From the sequence record SRR22947725_4314: a DNA stretch of 64,000 bases, one strand, 5' to 3'. Below, in pieces: positions 17,884 to 26,652 of this stretch (positions within the stretch are counted from its first letter, which is position 1; each line of letters opens with the position of its first letter). A program made the translations under genes and the position numbers. The notes beneath the pieces were generated by a model. The model was not told the origin of the DNA. It did no database searches and saw nothing but the letters and a program-made list of their open reading frames with translations.

Positions 17884-18879
17884 TCAGCGCGAGCCGTCGA
17901 GTTGAGCGCTGTGCCACTCGTACGCGGTCTTCACGATGGCCTCGAGACCGTGCTGAGCACTCCACCCGAGTGTCTGTGCAGCGAAGTCGGGGTCGGCGAA
18001 CGTGGCAACCGGGTCGCCGGCGCGTCGCTCGGTGACGACGTGGGGCACCGATGTGCCCGCGACCGCTTCGGTTGCCCGGATCACGTCGTACACCGATGAA
18101 CCCTGGCCCGTGCCAACATTGACGGCGGTGCTCGCTCCGCCGTTGCCCAGATAGGTGAGCGCCTTGACATGCGCGTCGGCGAGGTCCTCGACGTGGATGT
18201 AGTCGCGGATGCAGGTGCCGTCCGGCGTGTCGTAGTCGTCGCCGAACACCTTGAGCTCGACATCGTCGAGCAACAGTGCCTTCATCGCGAGGGGAATCAA
18301 GTTGAAGCTGTACGTCCAGTCCTCACCGATGCGACCGTCGAAGCTGGCCCCCGCGGCATTGAAGTAGCGGAGGCTGACCGAGTTGAGGCCGTTGGTGACG
18401 CCGTACCAGGACAGGATCTTCTCGACCATCGCCTTCGACTCGGCGTACACGCTTTCGGGATGAATGGCAGCATCTTCGGTGACCGGAACCACCTCAGGTG
18501 TGCCGTTGACCGAGCACGACGAGGAGAACACAACGTCACGAATGCCGGTGGCGAGACAGGCTTCGACGAGGTCGACGGTGCCGGCCACGTTGTTGCGCCA
18601 GTACTTCGCAGGAGTCTCCATCGATTCGCCCACGGCCTTGTAGGCAGCGAAGTGCACGAGTTGGGTGACGCCGTACTCGTTGCAGGTCGCCGTCACGAGA
18701 TCCTGGTCGGCGATGTTGCCGACCACGAGCGGGGCGTCGATCACCGCCTCGCGTCGACCCAGTTCCAGCGAGTCGAGGACGACCACGTCGCGGCCGGCCT
18801 CGCGCAGCGAACGAACGGTGTGCGAACCGATGTAGCCAGCGCCGCCGGTGACGAGGACCGTGCCGTCGAGTGAGTTCAT
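17884..18879 (-). CDS. galE: UDP-glucose 4-epimerase
   Basis: VTGGAGYIGSHT, HFAAYKAVGES, YAESK, LRYFNAAGA, DGTCIRDYIHVEDLA. Confidence 0.95.
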   Translation of the reverse strand: MNSLDGTVLVTGGAGYIGSHTVRSLREAGRDVVVLDSLELGRREAVIDAPLVVGNIADQDLVTATCNEYGVTQLVHFAAYKAVGESMETPAKYWRNNVAGTVDLVEACLATGIRDVVFSSSCSVNGTPEVVPVTEDAAIHPESVYAESKAMVEKILSWYGVTNGLNSVSLRYFNAAGASFDGRIGEDWTYSFNLIPLAMKALLLDDVELKVFGDDYDTPDGTCIRDYIHVEDLADAHVKALTYLGNGGASTAVNVGTGQGSSVYDVIRATEAVAGTSVPHVVTERRAGDPVATFADPDFAAQTLGWSAQHGLEAIVKTAYEWHSAQLDGSR

Positions 18880-18889
18880 CGGGCGGATG

Positions 18890-19882
18890 CTAGTTCGCAA
18901 CGGTGTCGGCGGTGCCCGACCGGACACCTGTCGCAGGTGCCTCGGTGGTGGCCCGAATCACGTACGGCGGTTTGCCCATACTCCGGAAGTGCATGCGGCC
19001 GATGTACTCGCCGAGCAGGCCGAGACTCAGCAATTGGACACCGGAGAACAACGTAATTGCTGCTGCGAGGAAGGTGAACCCGGCGACATCGACGTCGCCG
19101 AACACGAACTGCCCGAGCACGTAGAGCAGCATGACGAAGCCGAGCATGGCGCACCCCAAGCCGAACATGCTCATCCAGCGCAGGGGTCGTGCGCTGTAGC
19201 CCGTGATCATGTTGATCGCGTGTCTGACCAGACGACGCGCCGAGTACCCGGATTGGCCCGACGTGCGTTGGTCGAAGTCGACCTCGACATCGGTGATGTG
19301 ATTGGTGCCCCAGCTCAGCAGCACGTCGACGGAGATGTACGGGTCGTGGACCGAGTCGGCAGCCTCGACGAGTTCGCGCCGAAACAACCGGAATGCACTC
19401 GACCGCGGGTACACATCGGGCCCAAGGGCCGTCGACATCGCACGCTTGGTGGTGCGCGAGGCGACGTTTCGCAGCAGGCCCTGCTGCTCCTGCTTGGGAC
19501 GCCCGTAGACCAGGTCGACGTCGTCGGTGAGTGCAGCAAGCAGGACGGGCACGGCGCGGGGCGGATTCTGGAGGTCGTCGTCGATGGTGAGAACGAGCGG
19601 CAGTCGTGCTGAGCGCAGACCGGCGAGCAACGCGTTGTGTTGGCCGTAGTTGCGAAGCAAGGTGAACCCCCGGACGTCGGTGCGCTCAGCTGCGAGTTGT
19701 TGGATCGACGCCCAGGTGTCGTCGCGGCTCCCGTCGTCGACGAAAATGATCTCCACCTCGACGAAGAGCGGAGCCACATGCAGATCGATCTCGTCGCAGA
19801 GGGTGCCGAGTGAGCCCGGCGAACGGTATGCCGGGACGACGACCGAGAGGCCCGGTCGCCGGCCTTCCGACTCGGCATTCAT
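18890..19882 (-). CDS. GT2 polyprenol-phosphate glycosyltransferase (ArnC/GtrB-like)
   Basis: VDDGSRD, RNYGQHNA, IDDDLQNPP, two C-terminal TMs, GEYIGR. Confidence 0.92.
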   Translation of the reverse strand: MNAESEGRRPGLSVVVPAYRSPGSLGTLCDEIDLHVAPLFVEVEIIFVDDGSRDDTWASIQQLAAERTDVRGFTLLRNYGQHNALLAGLRSARLPLVLTIDDDLQNPPRAVPVLLAALTDDVDLVYGRPKQEQQGLLRNVASRTTKRAMSTALGPDVYPRSSAFRLFRRELVEAADSVHDPYISVDVLLSWGTNHITDVEVDFDQRTSGQSGYSARRLVRHAINMITGYSARPLRWMSMFGLGCAMLGFVMLLYVLGQFVFGDVDVAGFTFLAAAITLFSGVQLLSLGLLGEYIGRMHFRSMGKPPYVIRATTEAPATGVRSGTADTVAN

Positions 19883-20021
19883 GACGTTCAGGCTCCTCAA
19901 GTCGTGGACGAGATGGCGCTAGTGTAGCGCCGACCATGGTGCAGCAGATTGCTTTCCTCGGGCCTGATGACGCTGATGTCGAGGGCTGTTCGTGTGCTGG
20001 GCGAACAGGCTGGGAGTCGGC

Positions 20022-20750
20022 ATGATCGTCGCCGCCTCACCGGACGAGTCGTCGCGCTTCGAGCTGCGGATCGGGCGAGCTTGGCTCGAGGCGGCCCCAG
20101 CGGTTTCGGACGTCTCCGAGGCAATCGCCGACTACGACGTCGTCATCGTTCGAGCGCCTGCTGAGCTCCGGGAGATCGGCCGCCGATTGGCGTCGGCCGC
20201 CGATTTCGTGCTGCTTCCCGCCGATCACCTGAGCTACTGGAACTGGGTCGACGATCGCGTCGGCGCGTTCGAGCTGCCTGAGGGTTTTTCGCTCCGTGAG
20301 GCCAGCGACGCCGACGAAGTTCGACCCATGGTCATCGACGCGTTCACCAACTACGGCAACCACTACCAAGCGAACCCGCTCTTCGATCCCGACGGTGTGG
20401 TGGCGGGGTATTGCGAATGGGTCGAGTCGCTGCTCGCGCACGGCACGGCGACCTGCTTGGTGCTCGAATCGAGCGCTGGTCTCCATGGGTTCGGAATCAT
20501 CGACTGGTCGACCGAGACACCCGACATCAGGTTGGCCGGCATGGTCTCGGCGTCACAAGGCCGCGGGCTGTACCCGGCGGTGCTGCACGGCCTGATGCAG
20601 GAAGCCCAAGGTCGAGAACGGTCGCCCATCATGATCTCGACCCAGTCCGACAACACGAACGTCATGCGATCGTGGGCTCGGCTCGGGTGGCTCCCCGTGC
20701 GGACGTTGGTCACCCATCACCTCGTTCGGCGCGATCTGCTCTCGCCCTGA
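20022..20750 (+). CDS. GNAT acetyltransferase (WecD-like)
   Basis: QGRGLY, ISTQSDNTNVMRSWARLGW; wecE nearby. Confidence 0.72.
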   Translation: MIVAASPDESSRFELRIGRAWLEAAPAVSDVSEAIADYDVVIVRAPAELREIGRRLASAADFVLLPADHLSYWNWVDDRVGAFELPEGFSLREASDADEVRPMVIDAFTNYGNHYQANPLFDPDGVVAGYCEWVESLLAHGTATCLVLESSAGLHGFGIIDWSTETPDIRLAGMVSASQGRGLYPAVLHGLMQEAQGRERSPIMISTQSDNTNVMRSWARLGWLPVRTLVTHHLVRRDLLSP

Positions 20751-20764
20751 CGAGGTCGTTTCTG

Positions 20765-21418
20765 TCAGCCCTCCTGGCGGGCCTGGATGATCGCGTGGGT
20801 GTACGGAGTGCGGAGCAAGTCGTGGCGGACGGTGATGTCGGCATCCGGAAAACTGACGTTGACGAGTTCTTGCAGCTGCTCGGGCGTACGAACGTGTTGG
20901 CCGCGATCGCGACTCACGAGGAGGCGGGCGACACGATGTTGTCCATCGACGAGCGCCGGATCGATGGTTACGAGCCGACCGCCCGGGACCAGCGACTTGG
21001 AGGCGAGTTCGAAGAGGTCGGCCACCGCGTCGTCGTCCATGTGATGGAGTACACCGATCGCCATGGCGACCGTCCGGTCCGCGCCGGTGGGAGGAAACGT
21101 CTCGGCAGCAGATGTGGTGAACGTGCCGCGGTCGCCGAATCGAGCACGAGCTGCGTCGATGTACCGTTGGCTCGGGTCGAATCCGATGTAGTCGACCGGC
21201 GGCAGATGCTCGAGGATGTCCGCCGTTCCGCAGCCGATGTCCAAGATGCGGTCGTCCGGCTTCGGCTGGAGCGTCTCGTCGACGAGCACTCGTCGAAACT
21301 TGTCGGCGCCGATCGCTTGCTGCGCGATCCGATAGGCGGGAGCGAGGGAAAAGACGGAACGCCAACCAGTGGTCTTCTCGGCTGGAGCGGTCGGGGAGTC
21401 GTCGGTGGTGGGAGTCAT
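20765..21418 (-). CDS. Class I SAM methyltransferase
   Basis: ILDIGCGTA, GVLHHMDD, LVPGG. Confidence 0.9.
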   Translation of the reverse strand: MTPTTDDSPTAPAEKTTGWRSVFSLAPAYRIAQQAIGADKFRRVLVDETLQPKPDDRILDIGCGTADILEHLPPVDYIGFDPSQRYIDAARARFGDRGTFTTSAAETFPPTGADRTVAMAIGVLHHMDDDAVADLFELASKSLVPGGRLVTIDPALVDGQHRVARLLVSRDRGQHVRTPEQLQELVNVSFPDADITVRHDLLRTPYTHAIIQARQEG

Positions 21419-21512
21419 GGTTTGGGCCCTCGTCGTGGGGTGCAGCCCCGGACCCTAGCGAGCGTGCCTGTGTCGCGCCGACCAGCGGTTCGCCGTTCGA
21501 GAGACTTGCCTG

Positions 21513-22277
21513 ATGTGCGCTCGTCCGGTGGCCATCGCCAAGATCAAAGAACTGGTCCGCAGGTCGCCGCAGTCGGTCGACCTCTCGGGCACCCGTGCAT
21601 GCAATATCTGCGGATCGACGCGCTTCCTCGACTTCGGAGGCCGATCGGGCCCCCAGTGTGCGGGCTGCACATCGTTGGAGCGCCATCGAGTCTGCTTCGA
21701 GGTGTACCGACGTGAGGGCCTTCTGGCTCCCGCCGGGACCGAACGCCGAGTACTGCAGTTCGCGCCGGAGTTGATCACGCACGATCTGCTCGCCGACGTG
21801 ACCGGCACGACCTACATCTGCTCCGACATCAACCCCGGCAGGTACCCCCACGCCAGACCCTTGCCGCTTCGCTTGCCCGAGGGGCTCGACCTCTTCTCCG
21901 AGAAGTCGTTCGACTACGTGATCCACAACCATGTCTGGGAGCGCCTGCCCGGGCAGTGGGTCGATCACGTCGAGCCGTTCCGGCGGGTCTTGAAGGTGGG
22001 CGGCAAGATGATCTTCACGTTCCCGTATTCGCCGACCTGGTCGCCAGACGAGACGATCGAGGGTGGTGAGCATCTCGAATCGGATGCTGAGCGCCTCAGC
22101 GTGTTCGGCCAGAGTGATCACGTCCGGAAGTTCGGACTCGACTTCGCGACGAAGCTCGGCGCGATGCCGGGTGCGGAACTCTCCCTCGACGGCATTTCGA
22201 TCGATCACAAACGAGCCATCGGAGGGTGCGTCCGCGACTGGGCCGAAACGGTCTTCATCTGGGAACGAACCAGCTGA
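21513..22277 (+). CDS. Methyltransferase-like protein with N-terminal Zn ribbon
   Basis: CNIC...CAGC.SLERHR, VLQFAPE, RRVLKVGG, FGQSDHVRKFG; start uncertain. Confidence 0.8.
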   Translation: MCARPVAIAKIKELVRRSPQSVDLSGTRACNICGSTRFLDFGGRSGPQCAGCTSLERHRVCFEVYRREGLLAPAGTERRVLQFAPELITHDLLADVTGTTYICSDINPGRYPHARPLPLRLPEGLDLFSEKSFDYVIHNHVWERLPGQWVDHVEPFRRVLKVGGKMIFTFPYSPTWSPDETIEGGEHLESDAERLSVFGQSDHVRKFGLDFATKLGAMPGAELSLDGISIDHKRAIGGCVRDWAETVFIWERTS

Positions 22278-22391
22278 CGCGCAACCTCGAGGGCCCACTG
22301 ATCGGGGTGGAGTGAACGCTGCGGATTGGCGCCCGACGCCCGGCCTGCACGCGACCGGAACCCCTGAGCTGAGCACTACGCTCCGGACTGC

Positions 22392-23531
22392 ATGGATTCG
22401 CTGATCCCCTTCAATCGTCCCGGGGTGACCGGTCGCGAGCTCGAACACATCGAAGAGGCGGTGAGATCGGGGCACACGTCGACCGGTGGTCCCTTCTCCA
22501 AGCGGGCTGCGGCACTGCTCACCGAATTTCACCAGTGCGAGGACGTGCTCCTCACCACCTCGTGCACCGATGCACTGGAGATGGCGGCGATGCTCGTCGG
22601 CATCGGGCCGGGCGATGTCGTCATCGTGCCGTCGTTCACGTTCACCTCGACGGCCCTCGCGTTCGCGCGGGAGGGCGCTCGATTGCGGTTCTGCGACATC
22701 GATCCCGTCACGCTCGGCCTCGATGCGACACACCTCGCCGAACTCATCGACGAGTCGGTGAAAGCCGTGGTGGTCGTCCACTATGCGGGAGTTCCGTGCG
22801 ACCTCGACGCCATCGTTCCGCTCTGTGCCCAATTCGACGTGGCGCTGATCGAAGACAACGCGCACGGCCTCTTCGGAACACATCGCGGTCAGCCACTCGG
22901 CACCTTTGGTCGGTTGTCGACATTGAGTTTTCACGAGACGAAGAACTTCATCTGCGGTGAAGGCGGCGCACTGGTCGTGAACGAACCAGCCGACGTCCTG
23001 CCTGCCTATGTCCTGCTCGACAAGGGAACCAATCGGCAGGAGTTCCTCGAAGGCCTTGTCGACAAATACAGCTGGCAGGGCCTGGGCTCGTCGTTCGGTC
23101 TCAGCGACATGCTCGCAGCCTTCCTGACAGCCCAACTCGAATCGAGGGAGACGGTGATGGCGCAGCGCCGCGCTGTGAGCCTGGGATATCGGGCACGAGT
23201 CGAACCCGTCGTCGACGAGCTCGGACTCCGGCTTCCGGTCGAGCCGGCAACGGCGACACCCGCCGACCACATGTTCTACGTGCTGCTCGCTGACGGTGTT
23301 GATCGAGCGAACGTGATCTCCGAGATGCGCGCGGCGGGCGTGCTGGCGACGTTCCACTACGTTCCGCTGCATTCGTCCGACCCAGGGCGCCAGCTCGCCG
23401 ATCGCTGGGCCGACTGCCCGGTCACCGACGACATCAGCGGTCGCCTGTTGCGGCTGCCCTTCTACAACGAGCTCACCAGCGATCAAATCGATCGTGTCGT
23501 CGAGACGTTCGTCGAGGTCGTCCGGCGATGA
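22392..23531 (+). CDS. wecE: dTDP-4-amino-4,6-dideoxygalactose transaminase (DegT/DnrJ family)
   Basis: IPFNRP, TTSCTDALEMAA, SFHETKN..CGEGG, KGTNR, FHYVPLH. Confidence 0.92.
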   Translation: MDSLIPFNRPGVTGRELEHIEEAVRSGHTSTGGPFSKRAAALLTEFHQCEDVLLTTSCTDALEMAAMLVGIGPGDVVIVPSFTFTSTALAFAREGARLRFCDIDPVTLGLDATHLAELIDESVKAVVVVHYAGVPCDLDAIVPLCAQFDVALIEDNAHGLFGTHRGQPLGTFGRLSTLSFHETKNFICGEGGALVVNEPADVLPAYVLLDKGTNRQEFLEGLVDKYSWQGLGSSFGLSDMLAAFLTAQLESRETVMAQRRAVSLGYRARVEPVVDELGLRLPVEPATATPADHMFYVLLADGVDRANVISEMRAAGVLATFHYVPLHSSDPGRQLADRWADCPVTDDISGRLLRLPFYNELTSDQIDRVVETFVEVVRR

Positions 23532-25216
23532 CCGAGGAGCGACCCACTTTGGCGGGCGAGCTGGGCGGGCATCTCGACCGGCCACTCGTGCGTCAGGCAG
23601 TCCTGGCTGTCTTCGGCATCGCGAGCACTCTGATTCTGGCGAACCGAAGCCCGCTGGGCTGGGACGAAGCCGTCTACGCCGCGCGCGGCAAAGACCTGGT
23701 CGACTCGAGCTACTCCTGGGCGTTCAACTCCGGCACGTACTGGAGTGATGTCCGAGCGCCGGGTCTCCCGATGCTGTTGGCATTCCCATTTCAGCTGTTC
23801 GGATCGACCGACGTGGTGGCACGGGCGGTGGTTGTCGTCTTCTCCTTGGCCGCGATGTACGTGATGGCGCGGATCCTCGATCTGTTCTTCACGCCGCGAG
23901 TCGGCACGTTCGCCGTGGTGCTGATCGCGCTCTGCCCCGGATATCTGGCGACCAGCACGCTGGCCTTCGCCGACATGCCAGCGATCTTCTTCGGAATGGT
24001 GGGCGTGTATCTCCTGGCGCGGTGGTTCGTCGATGCCGACTCGCGAGCGTTGTTTCTCATCCCGCTGGCGTTCGGCGCGGCCACCACCACCCGTTTCGGC
24101 GCGATGTTCCTCGTGGCCGGACCGCTGTTGGTCGTCGGTGTCGCCATCATCATCGCTTCGGTGCGCACGCGGGATTGGCAGCGGCTGATCACGCTCGGAT
24201 TGATCACGCTCGCGTCGATGGCTGTGGTTGCGTTCTTGCTGGCGAGCCGCATTCTGACGAAGACGCTGTCACCGCTCGACGCCACCAAGGCCATCCGCGA
24301 ATCCAACAACAACCCGCGAAGCCAATGGATTGACGACCTCTCCACCATTCTGCAACCGGGGCCCGTCGACTACGGATTCAACGGCGCGTTCTGGGGCTGG
24401 TCGTTCGCGATCACCTTCGGTGTGCTCGCAGTTGCCGCAGTGTTGCGACTCCTCGTCCGTCGACAGTTCCTGCTCATCTTCATCTGCGGGGTGGTGTCCG
24501 TTGCGCCCATCGTATTGTATGCCGTCTCCGTCAATCAGTTCGTCACCACCTACCTGGCGCCGATCTACGCCATGGGCGCAGCAATGGTCGCCATCGGGCT
24601 GTGGAACGAGCGTCCCGCTCACGTCGGTGCCCCAGCTGCGGCGGTGGCCGACGATGATCTGGACGCCGACCTGGATCTCGACCCGGATGACGACCCGGAT
24701 CTCGACGGTCCCGCTCCGGGGCGTTTTGAGCTTCCACGGTGGCTGCAGAGAACCGGAATCGACGATGCCGGACGCGTGGTCGGCGCCCTCGCGCTGCTGG
24801 CGTTCATGGTGATCGGTGCGGCCACGTATCGAGGCGTCGACCGGATGCACGACCGCTTGTGGGGGTTCGAACAGGTTCGTGCCGGCGCGATGGTGGCCGA
24901 CGACCTGTTCGGGCCGAACTGCGGCATCGCCACCAGCCGGGTGCCCCAGGTGTCGTTCTACTCCGAGTGCTTCACCGGTCGTGTCCCGCTCGGGCAATCG
25001 TGGTTCGACGGCGTCGACGACGAGGCAGAACTCCTGCAGCTCGCCGCCCAGGTCCGAGCCCTCGACGGCACGACGGTGGGTGTACTGCTGCTCGAGGGAG
25101 CGAGCGGGGAACCGCTGATCGACGACGTCTGGGCGAATCGCATCGAGGAGAAGTCGGCCATTTTCTCCTCGGCGGCCGGGCGCCGAGTCGGCGTGATCGC
25201 CGTCGAGGTTCCCTGA
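23528..25216 (+). CDS. GT-C (ArnT/PMT-like) integral membrane glycosyltransferase
   Basis: WDEAVY loop motif, many TM helices, ATGA coupling to wecE. Confidence 0.75.
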   Translation: MTEERPTLAGELGGHLDRPLVRQAVLAVFGIASTLILANRSPLGWDEAVYAARGKDLVDSSYSWAFNSGTYWSDVRAPGLPMLLAFPFQLFGSTDVVARAVVVVFSLAAMYVMARILDLFFTPRVGTFAVVLIALCPGYLATSTLAFADMPAIFFGMVGVYLLARWFVDADSRALFLIPLAFGAATTTRFGAMFLVAGPLLVVGVAIIIASVRTRDWQRLITLGLITLASMAVVAFLLASRILTKTLSPLDATKAIRESNNNPRSQWIDDLSTILQPGPVDYGFNGAFWGWSFAITFGVLAVAAVLRLLVRRQFLLIFICGVVSVAPIVLYAVSVNQFVTTYLAPIYAMGAAMVAIGLWNERPAHVGAPAAAVADDDLDADLDLDPDDDPDLDGPAPGRFELPRWLQRTGIDDAGRVVGALALLAFMVIGAATYRGVDRMHDRLWGFEQVRAGAMVADDLFGPNCGIATSRVPQVSFYSECFTGRVPLGQSWFDGVDDEAELLQLAAQVRALDGTTVGVLLLEGASGEPLIDDVWANRIEEKSAIFSSAAGRRVGVIAVEVP

Positions 25217-25768
25217 GGGCAGCGCGATGACCGATCATCGAATGGTGATCTCTGCCACCCGGGCCGTAAGACGTTGAGCGATCCGGGCACGCGGGCACTT
25301 TTCCGACGAGCAGGTAGCGTCAAGTAGTGGTGCTGAGTCGTCTCACAGCTCGACCCGAAAAGGCGCCGGTCGGCAACGCTGGAAGGCTGCCCTCAAGGCA
25401 AGTTTCCGTCACCTTCGAAAACCGCCTCTTCTGGGGTTCCTAGACCACCAACAACAAGGATCCAGATCAGATACATCGAATTCCTGACAAACCCCAAGAA
25501 GGAGATAGGTGAGTGAGTTTGCTGTCATGGGCGAACCTGTTCAACTGCCTGCAACCCGTCGATCTCTGACCGAAGCCATTCGATGGCGCGCTGGAACAGC
25601 TGAGGTCACTGGCGCGGACCGTCGTCACCGAAGCTTCACGCCCGCTCGTCGGGATGAGAGTCCCGTTGGCGTGGGCCAACCGGGTTCTGAGCATCTCGCA
25701 GCGGCCCCTGACGCGTGCGGTCCCGTCGAGGTGGCATCGAGCGGTCGGCGACACGGTCGGTGAGCTGC

Positions 25769-26502
25769 TCAGGTTGCGCGCTCAAGGACGAGGACAGTCT
25801 CGTTCCAGGTGCCGACGAAGCCGCCGATTTCATGTTTGCGTTGGTCCGGGATGCCGTCCGTCGCCAATTTGCAGCCGTCCATCGATCCGAGGATGGGCTC
25901 GAAGTCGAGGCCGAAGCGACGCACATGGTCATGTTGGCCGAACACACCTAGCCGGCCGGCACCTGAAGGGTGATTCGCTCCGCCTTGCTCGGTTGGCTCC
26001 GGTGGCCACTTCAGCGAGAACGGGAACGTGAAGATCACCTTGCCGCCTTGTCGCAGTATCTGAAGGAACGGTTGACCATGATCGAGCCAGTTTCCTGGAA
26101 GGTGTTCCCAGACTTGGTTGTGAATGAAGTAGGAGAAATAGCCGTCGGGGAAAATGGCGACGTTGTAAGGAAGTTGAAGCCGGAGTGGCTCGGCGTGGGG
26201 ATCTTTCTGGGATGAGGTCGGAACAGATGTACTGGGTCCCGGCCACTCCAGACAACATCCGGTGGGTGGCGCTCTTGGGGGCGGACTGGAGGATCTGTCG
26301 CCACGCGCCGGGAGCCTCGAGGAGACCCTCGTGCCGATGGACGTCGAAACAGACCCGGTGTCGTTACAGCGATCTGAACTGAGCGTCTGTTCGCTGCCCA
26401 AAGTCGTTGAACTCCACGCTGGCTGAAGATGTTGCAGGATCGCTTGGACCCAGCTGCGTTGTGAACCGCCTGTCGTCTTCGCGCCCGTGCGACGATGGTC
26501 AC
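25769..26502 (-). pseudogene. Decayed paralog of the 21513-22277 methyltransferase
   Basis: Homologous segments lie in different frames: SCNI / SL*RHRVCFDVHRHEGLL..YICSD / HNQVWEHLPG..FGQHDHVRRFG..WNETV; TAA at 26364-26366. Confidence 0.85.
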
Positions 26503-26652
26503 TGGCGCCGACCTGAGACGGTTGTCGGCTGGGGCGCGGTCGGAGCTACAGTCGCATCCGTATGAGGCTCGACGCGTGGATCGACCGGTCGTCAGCGCTG
26601 GGTCAGTTTTGATGGTGTTTCAGGGCGGTCCAACGGTCGTTGGCGGCTGCGT

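Noticed and set aside
20553-23585. 1010-aa minus-strand ORF, and similar long ORFs at 1811-2893, 12158-13606, 47402-49036 and 61789-63132
   Set aside because: These are antisense or alternate-frame shadows of well-supported genes in high-GC DNA and have no recognisable motifs.
24649-24710. Asp-rich repeat DDDLDADLDLDPDDDPDLD
   Set aside because: It is a low-complexity loop within a membrane protein, with no sign of an independent element.
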